NCBI RefSeq assembly: GCF_006345805.1
Contig: NW_021831844.1
Span: 1-40,968 of the forward strand
Length of the DNA: 40,968 nucleotides
Origin: Octopus sinensis
Lineage: Eukaryota
Direction: 5' to 3'
Below, piece by piece: positions 1-12,238 of the stretch. Both the position numbers and the translations under genes were made by a program. Within the stretch, counting starts at the first letter, position 1, and each line of letters starts with the position of its first letter. Below the pieces are notes generated by a model that saw only the letters and a program-made list of their open reading frames with translations, was not told the origin of the DNA and ran no database searches.

Positions 1-1280
1 AATCCCCAGATCTTGTATTTGCCCACAAGCTTTGTCTTATCTATTGCTTGTAACCAATCCTCAGTTTGTGCCATCATCTGAATGTCTCTATTCTCACTCA
101 ACAACATAGCTTAACATCCTCCGAAACATTTTACAGGACAGTCTTTAACATTTGGCATGGATTCTTCTGCAAATTGGAACTTCACTTGCTTCAGGGCATC
201 TTTCATAAATGGTAGACTGAATTATTCATTTGCTTGAAACCCCTTTACTCACCAAGTACCTACCCAGTCCACAAGTAATTGCATATCCTTTTCGTCTGTT
301 TTTAGCTTGGTTATGTCATTCGTTAAGGCCTTCTTATGCGATTGTCATTCTGATCAATCTACTGATCAATGTAACTTATCCATAAAAGGCACAAACTAAA
401 TGACGGACATTGTACAACCTACAGTAATTCCATTTCCAAGAAAATGCCAGTCTGTTGTGAAGTCTGCTGTTATTAGCCGTGTTATGAAACTGTTGCATTT
501 GATTCCTAATTAGATCTGTCATCTTCTCCAGTTTATAAAATCGATTACTGCCATCAGCAATTTCTGTTGTAGAGAAACATAAGCAGGAATTGGATAGAGC
601 CATACAACATTCAAATCTCTTTTATTCTCCATTTTCTCTCCTATGGCATTCCATATGGAAAATGGATGTTCCATATGCCCAGGAATTTAGAAGAGCTAGG
701 GTTATGCACACTTTCAGTCCCATAGCAAAATTATTTTATAGGTTTGTAGCTGATCTGATAACAAGTACATCTATGTAAATGTTGCCGTCTACTTTTACAA
801 TTGAAATGGGTCTCAACTGGTCGGTTAGTTCTGCTTTAGCATCCTCTGGTAAGTAAACTCTGCCTGTCTTGCACTAGTCTCCAACCAGTTCGCCAATAAG
901 CCACAGCTCTCTCACTCTTGGTACGGCTTATAATTTAATTGAGTACAGTACTTGTACTTGCACTCTAAACTTTTGTCTTCTTCATTAAAATTATACACTT
1001 CTTTCTTGCTGAAACCAACAATTTGAAATTTCATTGCTGCTCAAATTGGCTGCTCCAAACTAGCCATGAGTGGAAACGGTTGACGTCGCCTTCGCTCACT
1101 CAACGTTTCCTGTATATTCCTAGCTTTGCTGCACTTTGGCTGGCGGATCTTAACATCTGCAAACTGCTTTCTATATAAGGGCCCTTAATGAGAAACACTC
1201 TAATTTGTTTAACCTCTGAGATCTCTTTGCATAAGTTAGAGAGGAACAGTTATTCTTCTTGAGGACATAACAATGTTTCT
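1..1280 (-). mobile_element. Decayed non-LTR retrotransposon RT fragment, HERO-like (R2/RLE group); runs off the window start
   Basis: Manual minus-strand translation across stops and frameshifts gives RT blocks VYLPEDAKAELTDQLRPISIVKVDG, IPGHMEHPFSIWNAI...KRDLNVVWL, FTTDWHFLGNGITVGCTMSVI, KKALTNDIT (decayed AFMDD) and AIDKTKLVGKYKIW. These match the HERO-type RT pattern as I recall it. The right boundary is approximate. Confidence 0.75.
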
Positions 1281-2365
1281 AGTGCTTGTGGCAGAATAAA
1301 ATGTATCCAGAACCCTTTAGAATATGGTAGAAATTAGGAATGGCAAAACAGCACGAGTAAGTTAGAACGTTTAAATGAAATATAATCTCCAAGGAAGGAA
1401 GTTGGGCAGTACCTCTGAATAAAAACTCACTTGGACAGTGACCACCCATCCAAAACATGGCAACATGGAAAGCAGATGATAAATAATGAGCACAATATCG
1501 GAGATTGTATTGTGTCTTATAGCCAGTATCCACCTTGAACAGAGAGAGAGAGAAAGAGTCTGCGCTTATCTCAGAAGCAAACCAAACTCTTTCACTTGCA
1601 TATGAACAATGAATTTAATAATAGATTTACTATCAGTGCAAAATGATATGGAATTTGATATGGGAACACTTTCCATCTTAAGTCTGCCAGAATATGGCAT
1701 GAGGCTGAACAACAACAATAAACTATCAGAAAAATATAAAACAAACAAAACCACTGTGCTTAGCTCATTTGTTTACCCCTAAACAACAACATAATTTATT
1801 CCCCTATTCCAAAAGGCATTATTAACCATATTGTCTCTGCTAATCTCAGCGGTTATCCCTGAAAGTTCAGTAACTCTCTTTAATATTATTAATTTAAGGT
1901 TAACCATTCAAGTGGAAATTACAAATGGAACCTGACCTTACTCAATCTGACAAACCAAGAAACTCCGGTGAAGGCAACATTTACAGAAAACAATAAAATC
2001 TTGTTATTTAATACTCACTTCTTGCGCTATGTGCCACTTGCTTCTCTTCCTTGTCTTCTGCTTTTGGAGTTGCTGAAATAAATATTTCTCATTATAGTAT
2101 AATTTGGTTAATTATCTTAATAATCTATATTCTATTATTGTGAAACTTTTCTACCATCAATGTTCCACAAATGACCGCTATGGGTTTGGACAACATTTTT
2201 ATAATTGCTACAGTGGTACCAAAACAAACGAAAGTAACCTTCCTAAACCTCTTTCTTCTACTAAGACATTCTGCATAATCCTATCTTTGTAGCCATTATC
2301 TTATTTAATTATTCCCACTTGACAATAATGCTTTTCTACTTTTGTCTTTCCTGTCTTATATCTCT

Positions 2366-2757
2366 GCCAAATCAATGGCATGGCATTCTTCACTCACCTC
2401 TCGACTTCACTAACAAGCATCCTTCATACTTCCTGCTTTACTGCAATATCAATCAAAATGGTCCTCCAAAGATCTACATACAAAATCACGACACACCCCA
2501 TCAAGCAGGATGAACATACACCTGCTCTCTTTAATGAACTTTGCTAACGGTTATCTTTAATGTCAACTGTTCCACAGAGCAAATCACCGGGATATTCCCT
2601 GAATGGAAAAACAGTTGAAGACATTTGGATGTCATTCAATGCCAAATCAATTGCATGGCATTCTTCACTCACCTCTCAACTTCACTAACAAGCATCCTTC
2701 ATTCCTGCTTTACTGCAATATCAATCAAAATGGTCCTCCAAAGATCTACTTACAAAC
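2366..2757. repeat. Local direct duplication of about 117 bp (2366-2483 and 2641-2757)
   Basis: gccaaatcaat..ggcattcttcactcacctctc..cttcactaacaagcatccttca..ttcctgctttactgcaatatcaatcaaaatggtcctccaaagatctac occurs twice, with a few substitutions and one 3-nt indel. Confidence 0.9.
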
Positions 2758-2919
2758 ACACACACAGACACCATTACACATTTATGCATATAAATTTTGG
2801 CTTAGCACGTTTTTTTTAATACGCTAAATCCAAAAATAGTATTAGTTTTAGAATTTGATTTTACAATATGGCACAAATTTAAGAGGGCAACCTAATTACA
2901 CATCTTTATTAGAAAATCA

Positions 2920-4516
2920 GTTGTCGTTGCCAAGAATGTCATCATCACGCGGGACGAAGTCAAACGTGTTATTCAAGGCCTCGATGTCAACAAGGGTCAC
3001 GGCCCTGACGGCTTACACCCACGGGTTATCAAAGCGTTGTCTCCGGTCATCTGCGAGCCCTTAAAACGTCTATTCAATATGTCATTGACGACGGGTGTTA
3101 TACCTGCGGACTGGAGAACAGCGATAATCTGCCCAATTTTCAAGAAAGGGAGCCGCGAAGACCCGCTTAACTACCGACCGGTTTCCCTTACATCAATTAT
3201 CAGCAAGATGTTCGAAACCATCCTTAAGAAAAGTATGATGCTCCACCTCCAAAACACAGCCTCCATCTCTGATTCCCAACACGGCTTCATGCCGAAGAGT
3301 TCATGCTTGACCAACTTACTGGTAATGGAAGAATTGGTGACGCGCATCCTCGATGATAGTGATGCTGTTGACATCGTTTTATTGGACTTTGCCAAAGCTT
3401 TTGACTCGGTAAACCACCGCCTATTACTTGTCAAGCTTCAAGCATATAGTTTCCATCCGGATATTGTACGATGGGTTGGTGCCTTCCTCTCAGATCGCTC
3501 CTTCCAAGTCCAAGTTAATGGTTCGCGGTCCGACGTCTCAGTGCGAGCAGTGGCGTGCCTCAAGGTTCAGTGCTTGGGCCCTTATTGTTCTTAGTCTTCA
3601 TAAATGAAGACGACCTCATGCAACACACCCTTCTATTTGCCGACGATGTCAAACTGGTCGCTCCTCGCGGTGATATAGAGGATCTTCGTCGATGCCTCCA
3701 CCAAATTTGGAGGTGGTCTAACGAATGGGACCTGTGTCTGAACGTGTCAAACTGCTGTCATCTGCCAGTTGGCTCTCCTCCTGCAACTCAACTTGATTTC
3801 GAGCCGGGTCGTCTGCTGCTGCAGAGGACCGATCAGGTAAAGGACCTGGGTATCTTGGTGGATTCCTCCTTTTCGCCTTCGGCCCAGTGCGTCCATGCTG
3901 CCAACAAAGCACGCGGAATTCTGTTCTTGATTCGACGGTCATTCGGAATGCTTACAGCAGCCATATTCCTACCGCTCTATGTCACGCTGGTGAGACCCAT
4001 ATTGGAGTATGGGATTCAAGCCTCTTCTTCTTATCTCCTCAAAGACATACAGCATCTCGAAAGAGTCCAGAAGCTGGCTACCCGCATGGTTCATGGTCTC
4101 AAAAGTTTGTCCTATGAAGAAAGGCTGAGGACGCTCGACCTTTATTCTCTAGAAAAACGCCGCCGCCGTGGTGATCTCATTCTCACCCACAGCATCATAA
4201 GCGGAAAGTGTAACCTCTTGAAAGAGCTGTTCTTCACTCCTGCTCCAGAGCGTCGGCTGCGGGGTCATTCCGAAAAGCTCTACCTGCGACGATTTCATCT
4301 CAATCGAAGGAGAGGAGCTTTCTCCGTCCAGGTTGCGGATCCGTGGAACAAGCTGCCAGACGAGATGGTGAAGATGCCGACGACCGCTTTGTTCAAAGCC
4401 TCCCTTGACTTCAAGTGGCCTGAACTCTTTACATGAACACCACCCTGTACTTAACTCCATGTCCCCCTACATGGCCTTGCTATTTGCTTTTGAGCCAAAT
4501 TAACTAACTAACTAAC
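2920..4516 (+). mobile_element. 5'-truncated CR1-clade LINE (RT and C-terminus), relatively young, one frameshift near 3550
   Basis: ORFs 3037-3594 and 3555-4436 carry NYRPVSLTS, QHGF, LDFAKAFDSVNH, GVPQGSVLGPLLF, FADDVKL and RRRGDLI. The element ends in a (TAAC)n tail at 4501-4516. Confidence 0.92.
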
Positions 4517-4784
4517 ATGATATGTCTTTATATATGCTTTTGACGTCAAAGAGCTCGAATTGAACGTGGAATAAACAGTTTAATGATGATAAATAAGTAA
4601 ATAATTTAATTTTACAGAAGAAATATCATTTCTGAATTCTGAAATGTATATGATACAATAATAGTTTGACAACGTTTATGGCTTCAAAACCTCACACCAA
4701 GTCATCAAATGCATGATTGAAATCAATAAGGCTTACATCTGTCTTGCAACTCACATTATTCAAGTAAATGTTCAAATTTCTTAC

Positions 4785-6290
4785 TTATCGTTCCATTGAC
4801 AGATTTTGATAAACGTTGTTTGAGAGGGGAATCTTGCTGGTTTTTGGCACAGAAACAGGAGTGTCACTGGCATATATGGTTTCTAAATACAGCCTGTCGA
4901 CCTTTTCTTTATCTGGTATATCTGCCATGAAATAGGCATCTACCTCAATGATGCTAGTAAGCCGTACATCATGATATATCAAATTATCCAAGTCAGTTGT
5001 TTGTCATGTGTCCACTCACCCGCAAGAATGATAAGTTTGTTATATTGCCTGAATGCCCCAGACTCTCGAATCAGATCAGCCGACTTGGGTTTAACTTGGG
5101 AAGAAGATGCTAATTTGAATTGCTTGGCACCTCAACGACTCAACATGTAGTTGATTAATCCAACACTGCATTCTGAATCGAGATTGTGAATGGGAGCTCT
5201 CCCTAGTTTAGCTGAATCCATATTTGCTAGATAATGGGGAGACGCGTTGATGATGTTTCCAAAACCAAACACAACTCATTTTGGCTTCTGGAAACCAAGC
5301 GCTAACCTTGGAAGAAGACTCGACAGTGCTTTTAACACCTCTGGCTTCAACTCGGTTGCAATAGCTTCAACAGCACAACATATATCTTCATCATATCTGA
5401 TTTCCTGGAATCTGCTAGAAGATACGAAACTGAGTGTAAGACTATGCACATTTAGCAATCGGTTTGGATCCACTGTAGAAAGGTCATTAGTAATTTATTT
5501 GAAAGCAGGTAACATTTTAAGTAGGTTGTGCTTGTTGAAGTGGTGAGCGAAAGGAATGCTTCAACAAGGTGCAGTCCAATCAGTACTCCTGCGCAACACA
5601 AGACATTGAGGAACACCATATCTATGGAAAACCATACAATACAAGCCAGTTGGTTTGTAACATTTTTGTATTTTGCCAAGTACGATACCATATCATTCAC
5701 GTGGTACAAAGTTATTGCACAAAGCGAGAAGATTAAAGCATTCAGTCTTCAGGACAACAGATTGATTAAACCACGGTTGAATATGCTTGTCGAATTCACC
5801 AGCTTTGTTCCATGACTTGTAAACAAAACCATGATTGATTAATCTTATTATGCAATCAAGGGCCTGTTCAGGGGCACTGTATGAGCTCGATGTTGCATTT
5901 ACAAGAAAACTCGAATAAATTTTGTCCCATTCAGTTGCGTTCTTGATGTCACTTCACAGTATAGTTATTACTCAATTTAACATGAGTGAAAGGTGAACAT
6001 TGCAAAACAGATGCTCAGGTACCTGTTCTGTGCTGTTACATTCTCTTCAACCCCAACATCGAGTGTTTTAACTGCAATATTACTTGCTGCTTCTAGAAGC
6101 TAAAGTAGAGGCACTTTCAAGTCAGTCACATCATTTCTTGAGTCTGATGCTACAAGCAGAGTCGGCAGAGGTCTCTAGCGACCATTGATAGTCAAGTACT
6201 GGAGGGAGAAAGATCCAGCTCCGGTTTTAGATCCATCACCAGAATAAGTAACGACTGATTTCTTATCAACTTTGGGATGACAGAAAAAAA
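4785..6290 (-). mobile_element. Decayed DDE-type DNA transposase with a CxxH motif, superfamily unassigned
   Basis: Stitched minus-strand frames read SVVTYSGDGSKTGAGSFSLQYLTING*RPLPTL, VPEHLFCNVH (CxxH), EQALDCIIRLINH..KSWNKAGEFD, VTNQLACIV..LIGLHLVEAFLSLT, RAPIHNLDSECSVG (putative catalytic E) and DRLYLETIYASDT. There are many stops and frameshifts. Confidence 0.65.
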
Positions 6291-6640
6291 AACAAAGAAA
6301 GATAGAGAGAGAGAGAGAGAGGGAAAGAATGATAGAGAGAAATATAGAGGAGTGACAACAGGAGAGAGAGAAGATGGCGAAGTATAAAGGTGAGTGGACA
6401 GGTGATAGGATATGGGGTGTGTGCGAGTTAAGGACATACTGAGGGTAAGTTTAGATTTAATGAGTAGGCAAAGGTAGAGAGAAGGGGTATTGAGAGGATA
6501 TATTTGAAGCAAGAGATGCACGAGGGACATATTGTGTGCAAGGGCTGGGCATAGGCATAAAAGACATGCCTCTATGCCATTGGGTTTCCTTTGATAAACA
6601 GGTCTTCACAAGCAAATGGTATATTTTCTTGGTCGTTTCT

Positions 6641-6790
6641 CATGATATCTATCTAGATTGTATATAATCTGGCAAAGGGATATGTGGCCTTCATTATAAT
6701 GATATCAATATAGATTGTATATAATCTGATAAATGTATTTGTGACCACCATTATAATGGTATCTCTATAGATTGTTATATTATCTGACTT
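6641..6790. repeat. Minisatellite, about 2.5 copies of a ~58-bp unit with a near-palindromic core
   Basis: atgatatc..tagattgtatataatctg..gtg.c...cattat recurs at about 6642, 6699 and 6757. Confidence 0.8.
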
Positions 6791-8072
6791 TATTTCATAT
6801 TGCTTCTATCCAATCAGTTGATTAAAACAAGATCTACTTATATTTCAAGGGGCCAGCCTTTTCACCTTCTGTATTATGCTGAATCTTCCTGAGAACTACA
6901 TTTAGTGTACTCACATCTTTGGAGTACTCAGCTACTTTCATAGTAATTTCATTAGCAGGCTGTTTCATTGATTGGAAATCTGGTACTCTCATCATCCTAA
7001 CCAATGGAGTGCCATTTAGAACAGTTGATATTATGGCAGTTCCATGAGGAATCACAGAAAAATGGTACCAAGTCCAGCACCAAATACTAACAATAATTTA
7101 TTTTATCAGTCAAAAACAACGACCAGGTTCCATGATCTAATTTAAATGTAAGAAACAATTCGGGGCAAAAACGTAAAAGACACAGAAAAGTGTGTTTGTA
7201 TTAACATTAATATAATCTAAAACCCAATAAGAATGAGCATAAATATGGATGGTAAATGTTATCCAAACTTTGTAGTAAGTGTTAAATATAGTTACAAACA
7301 AAGAGTTGTGTGTTCAGTTTACATTTGGGACTATTATTTTATTTCTATAAACGTGAATACAAACACTTTGTTTAAACATAGACACACATTCAACGGTTCA
7401 ATACTAATTTAACATTCAATAAAAATAATTGAATGATCAATATTGTTGGAGTGAATTTCGTAATTTTCTTTTTATTTATTACAATACATATTGCAATCTG
7501 AGATATTCTGGGTACATACCACAAGGGACAACATTTCATATCAAACATCAAACTACTGTAATTTTTGGGGCTCTTCATAAGATGACAAATTATGGAGAAT
7601 TTCTGGAGGACAATTTTTCGTTGAAACTATCGATGCTATCTTTCACTAAATAAATATTAACAGCAACACAAAACAACTAACAATCAAAGTCTCTTATGTT
7701 GTTCCTTAATCTCTCAGTTGAGATTTCCTCATTGAATCTCCTATTTTACCAAAAATTGATGTTCTTGTAACTAACTTTGTTTTTAGCTATCAGATTCACA
7801 AGATACTCATAAATCAGTAATCACCTCTAATCACTTGCAATTGATATTAAAAAATTGATATTTCCTGATAAAAGCCAGGAATATTATTGATATTTCTGTT
7901 AGTCACTGTTTAACTTCCAGTATCCCTCACTAGTCTCCTTTTGCAGACAGCAACCTCTTGCAGTGGAGCAAACCTTGTACTGGGACAAAGACAAAATTTA
8001 GTGGATGGGGTGATTGATATAGTATCACAAAGAGAAGACATCTAGAACACCTTTTATCATAAATGTGTCAGC

Positions 8073-8089
8073 TTATGACAGACCTAGAT
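8073..8089 (-). CDS. Possible terminal mini-exon (DLGLS*) after an 81-bp intron
   Basis: Acceptor tttatattgttgtgcag at 8090 is phase-compatible, with TAA at 8075-8073. Alternatives are intron read-through to the stop at 8154 or an acceptor at 7646. Confidence 0.3.
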
Positions 8090-8170
8090 CTGCACAACAA
8101 TATAAAGTACATTATTCACCATCGTAAAGCCAATGAGACAAACAGACAGATCATTAAATTGCATTCTTAC

Positions 8171-8313
8171 CAGGTACAGTAAAATTTTTTATAGGTTTTT
8201 CACACTTGGGACAATCACGAGGCTGATTCTCTTCATAGCACTTTCTGCATATAACTTTGTCTCCACATGGTAACAACGTCACAGAAACTTCTTTAACACC
8301 ACACAGCAGACAA
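8171..8313 (-). CDS. Exon of MIB2-like ankyrin-RING E3 ubiquitin ligase gene: RING finger (C3-D-C4 variant)
   Basis: Acceptor ttttgttccacag and donor G|gtaag; 143 nt, phase 2 in and phase 1 out. Encodes CLLCGVKEVSVTLLPCGDKVICRKCYEENQPRDCPKCEKPIKNFTVP, in frame with the 12066-12238 exon. Confidence 0.88.
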
Positions 8314-8999
8314 CTGTGGAACAAAACAGAAACACATCCCACCAATAACATTCGTTTATAACAAATATTGGATTGAGTACATGTTTAGAGTACAAAATAT
8401 AATGAGACACTAAAAGGACCAGCAATAGTACATAAAAAATTCTTTAACCAATTACATAAATGCAGATATGTGTGTGTGAGTATAAGAATGCTATACTCAC
8501 ACGTGTGTGTGTGTTGCATTCATATACATACTGTTGAATATATTTTTTGACTTTGATATGTCACAGAAATTGGTTTGTAATTAGCTCTAAACTAGAATTG
8601 AGGGATATTTCTGGAATATATTGTGTGTACACATTATGTTCCAGAAATATACTTCAATTCTAGTTTTGAGCTAATTTCCTTTGAACAAAACCTTATTTGT
8701 TTAACAAGTGCTCTATTTTTAGATGTTTGATTTTGAAATATATGGATGGACAGACAGGCTACATTTGCCATGGATTCTTGTATGGATGAACAATATGCAA
8801 CAAAACAGGTCAAAACTCTAAAACAGGACAATGCCCTAAGAATCATATCAGGTGTATATATATGTACAAAATCAGAGAACTCTTTTGAAAATTGATGAGT
8901 TGATTGCAGTAAATGTCATGCTTCTATCTGCCTTCAGTGTTCCAGTCCAATAAAAGGTAGACAATGGTTCTCTGATGGACGAAATGTAGGAAATATAGG

Positions 9000-10210
9000 A
9001 CTACGAAGCTGGTCCTTTCTGTGGCTGATCTGTGTGTCTTTTCCAACAATTGCTGGCATCCAGACAGAAACTTCAGAAATTTGACATTAGAGATATTAAA
9101 GCAGGAATCCGTACAGAATCACACAACGAAGACTCATTCCATCATACTCAGTATACAAACCTGCCCCTAGTTATATCCACAACCCGGGGACACTGAGAAA
9201 GCAGCCACTGAATCTGGCCACACAGGATGCAATTGTGGTGTATCTGAAGAAATCATTGATCTATAACCATTGTCTCACAACTTGTCCACTTCAAATATGT
9301 TTCTCCCAAAAACAAAATCTGTCTCATTTGATTAGATCAAAATCCAGATTAGTTACATTAACCTCCCACTGAAGCATTTATCTGTTATTTATCTGCTTCT
9401 CAAAGGTAGCATCCTTTTCCTGCTACACCAACTTTTTCCAACTTGATTTTAGTAACTCTGTGTCCCTAGAACAAAGGAAAATTTCCAGTATTATTCCTTT
9501 GTCCAAAATGGGTGACCACTCATCACCTGTCAACTATTGTCCAGTCAGTTTCACTCATTGTCTCACCAAATTAATAAAGGCTTCTGCCAGAAAGAAACAC
9601 TCTGAAACTCTCACCACCTTCTTCAACCCTCACAATTCAGATTTATCTTTAACTCCATCTGCTGTGATTTTCTTGAAAACATCTCCTAAATTGCACCAAA
9701 ACATTTGTAATTCTATGCCACACAAATTAATTCTGGTGAAACTGTTAGAAATATTCATAAGGTCTAAAACTATATCTGGTTGATATGCTTCATTCTCCGT
9801 CAAATCAAATTAGTCACAGTACAAGGAAAACATTCTACATCCTATAACATCACATCTGACGATTTGCAGGGGTTTGTTCCTGGTCCTCTGAAGCTTCTTG
9901 TATTAACTAAATAGATGCCAACTCAAAGTATATGAGTATATGCTATAGGTCTTTCCTGCAAACTGATTTTGACTCCCTGCAGTAATGGATTGCTGACAGG
10001 CAACTCGAATTGCCTGTCGATTTTGAGAAGAAAACTCCATAATTTACCTACTCCATGCATAACACAAAACTTAAGAAGTCTCCTGGTGGACTTGATCTTG
10101 GTATTGATGAAAATAATGATCTGTGACGGACAAAGCACATTTCTAAAATCAACAAAAAACATCAAAAATGTTTTAGCATCACTTCACCTACTTCTTGTGA
10201 GTTCTCTACT
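9000..10210 (+). mobile_element. Highly decayed CR1/Jockey-type LINE fragment
   Basis: KISSIIPLSKMGDHSSPVNYCPVSFTHCL (RT entry), a decayed QG.VPGPL block near 9870, and RSLLVDLILVLMKI near 10080. Boundaries are approximate. Confidence 0.65.
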
Positions 10211-10214
10211 TAAA

Positions 10215-11335
10215 GTTATATATGGCTATCATATGTCCACACTTAGAGTTTTCTCACTCTTTAATTGTTCCCTTTTCTGTCTGTCTGTCTTTTATGCCAG
10301 GAAAACTAAAAGCTATCCTAACCTTTCCACACCCCACCACAAGCAAGGCTCTACATCAATTCGTGGGCGTGGTAAACTTTTACTATCACTTTATCCCTTC
10401 TGCGGCAAAAGTGATGAGAACCCTATACAAGGCACTGTCAAAAGAGGGTTCAAAACGGCAGGTGGGGTGAGATGACTTCAGCCTTCAAATCCACAAAACA
10501 AGCCCTGACTCAAGCAAACTTGCTGTCCCATCCTCATATGTCCGCTTGGATTGAACTCACATTCACGCATCCGACACAGCCATTGGGGACGTTTTGGAAT
10601 AACACATCAACAGTCAGTGGCGACTGCTCGCCTTCTTCAGCCGACATCTATGACCCCATGAACAGAAATACAGTGCTTTTGACAAGGAACTACTGGCTGT
10701 TCATCTAGGTGTCTGCCACTTTCGCTATTTCCTTGAAGCTCGCACATTTACAGTATTCACAGGTCACAAAGCCCTCACCTTCGCTATGAGCAAGCTCTTG
10801 GAACCTTGGCCTGCACGCCAGCAATGACAGTTATCAGCAATTTCTGAGTACACAACAGACATCCAACACATAGCCGGCAAGGGCAACCTAGTTGCCGACA
10901 CATTCTCTCATGCTCCTACTCGCTCTCACACCTACCTAGCACCAATAACAGAAGGCCTGGATTACGAAGCTATGGTTGCAACCCAACGGGCAGATGATGA
11001 GATCAGGGCCTACCGCATTGCCATCACATCACTTTCTTAGCAGGATGTACACTTTGGCTCTAACGGCACAACCCTACTGTGTGACGTATTCACTGGGAAG
11101 ACATGACCGAATTCTCCAATCAGCCTGGCGCAAGAGAGTTTTCGACATCATTCGTGGATTTTCCCACCCAGGTACTAAAGCCACACGGCGGCTGCTGTCA
11201 AGCAAATTTATCTGGCGCAGTATAGCCAAGAAAATTGGGGAGTGGACCAGGTCCTGCGACCCCTGTCAACAAGCCAAAGTCCATCAACATACCAAAGCAC
11301 CCCTCAGCAACTATGAACCACCTCAAAACAAAAGA
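10215..11335 (+). mobile_element. Gypsy (Ty3) LTR-retrotransposon pol fragment: RT connection, RNase H and integrase zinc-binding region; CsRn1/Kabuki-like
   Basis: Motifs FPHPTTSKALHQFVGVVNFY, QKYSAFDKELLA, FTVFTGHKALT, IQHIAGKGNLVADTFS and HPGTKATRRLLSSKFIW..RSCDPCQQAKV. There are multiple frameshifts and no LTRs were seen. Confidence 0.88.
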
Positions 11336-12065
11336 ATATCAACAGTGAGTGTGAAACAAATTTGAACGAAACAGAAATAAGTGGCGACTTAAGCCCAGGT
11401 GTAGGTCAAGTAATAAACCTTTTGGTAAACGTATTCTCATCTTCACTAGTTTGTTTGCGTATAGCTTAACAAGGCTATAAAAGCTTAATTGGAATGCAAT
11501 AACATCTTGTTAACAACATTTTGTTTTGGGAAGCGTCAAATGTGTTTTTTATTATACAAACAAGAAAGTGATATTTCTTACATACACACATATTGTTAGC
11601 GCGTATTTGTAGAAGATTTTTCTTTTATGAAACCTCACATAATGATGACCGATTTGGACAAAGAAGAAGCAGAAAAACTTGTTGGTAGACAAATTCCTCT
11701 TCTAAGTAACAATTTCATAATGTGTCCATTCACTTCATTATTTAATACTACATTCTTTCTGGTGGTCACAGAACTTTGAAATAGTGATTTAAGAGATATA
11801 TGTTGGGGGTGGGGGTGGTCTGCAAGCTATAACTATCAATACAACCAATCATGTGACTATAATCAAAATAGTGTTCTTTGTTTGACCCCCTAACAAATGT
11901 ATTTTCCATTTATTGTTCTTACTGTTATTGTGTAGTTTTTAGTCAAGACACTAGTGACAGTATAATTTATTGGTAGAATTGGACACAACACAATACATAT
12001 AAACTTGGTTATGTACAAAATTGAAGATTCACTGATTTACATTGTCTTTGCCATGGAATACTTAC

Positions 12066-12238
12066 AACGGTGGGAAAAGCTCTTTTATTTTCTCTTGATA
12101 ATCGGACTCTATGAGATCTACTGGGGTCTTCCCAGAATTGTTTTTTTGGTGAAAGTTTGCTTTCGAACGACCTAGATAGCAAGCAATAACGGTGCCACAT
12201 AGCTTCTCTTCTTTTTCCAATCCAAGCCTTTTCCAGAA
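12066..12238 (-). CDS. Exon of MIB2-like gene: last ankyrin-like repeat and linker (this frame is not in the ORF track)
   Basis: Acceptor ttttatattttatcattttcag and donor TT|gtaag; 173 nt, phase 0 in and phase 2 out. Encodes FWKRLGLEKEEKLCGTVIACYLGRSKANFHQKNNSGKTPVDLIESDYQEKIKELFPP and joins both neighbouring exons without stops. Confidence 0.88.

Noticed and set aside
2398-2745. Both duplicated units have AG...AG|GTGAGT on the minus strand, like tandem exons (76 and 73 nt)
   Set aside because: There are stops in all three frames and the polypyrimidine tracts are weak.
6834-7140. 73-aa minus-strand ORF as a further exon of the MIB2-like gene or the transposase N-terminus
   Set aside because: No phase-compatible acceptor opens this frame, and no motif is recognisable.
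7520-7645. 126-nt phase-1 exon candidate with plausible splice sites
   Set aside because: It has four in-frame stops. At most it is an alternative terminal exon (VKDSIDSFNEKLSSRNSP*), which I cannot support.
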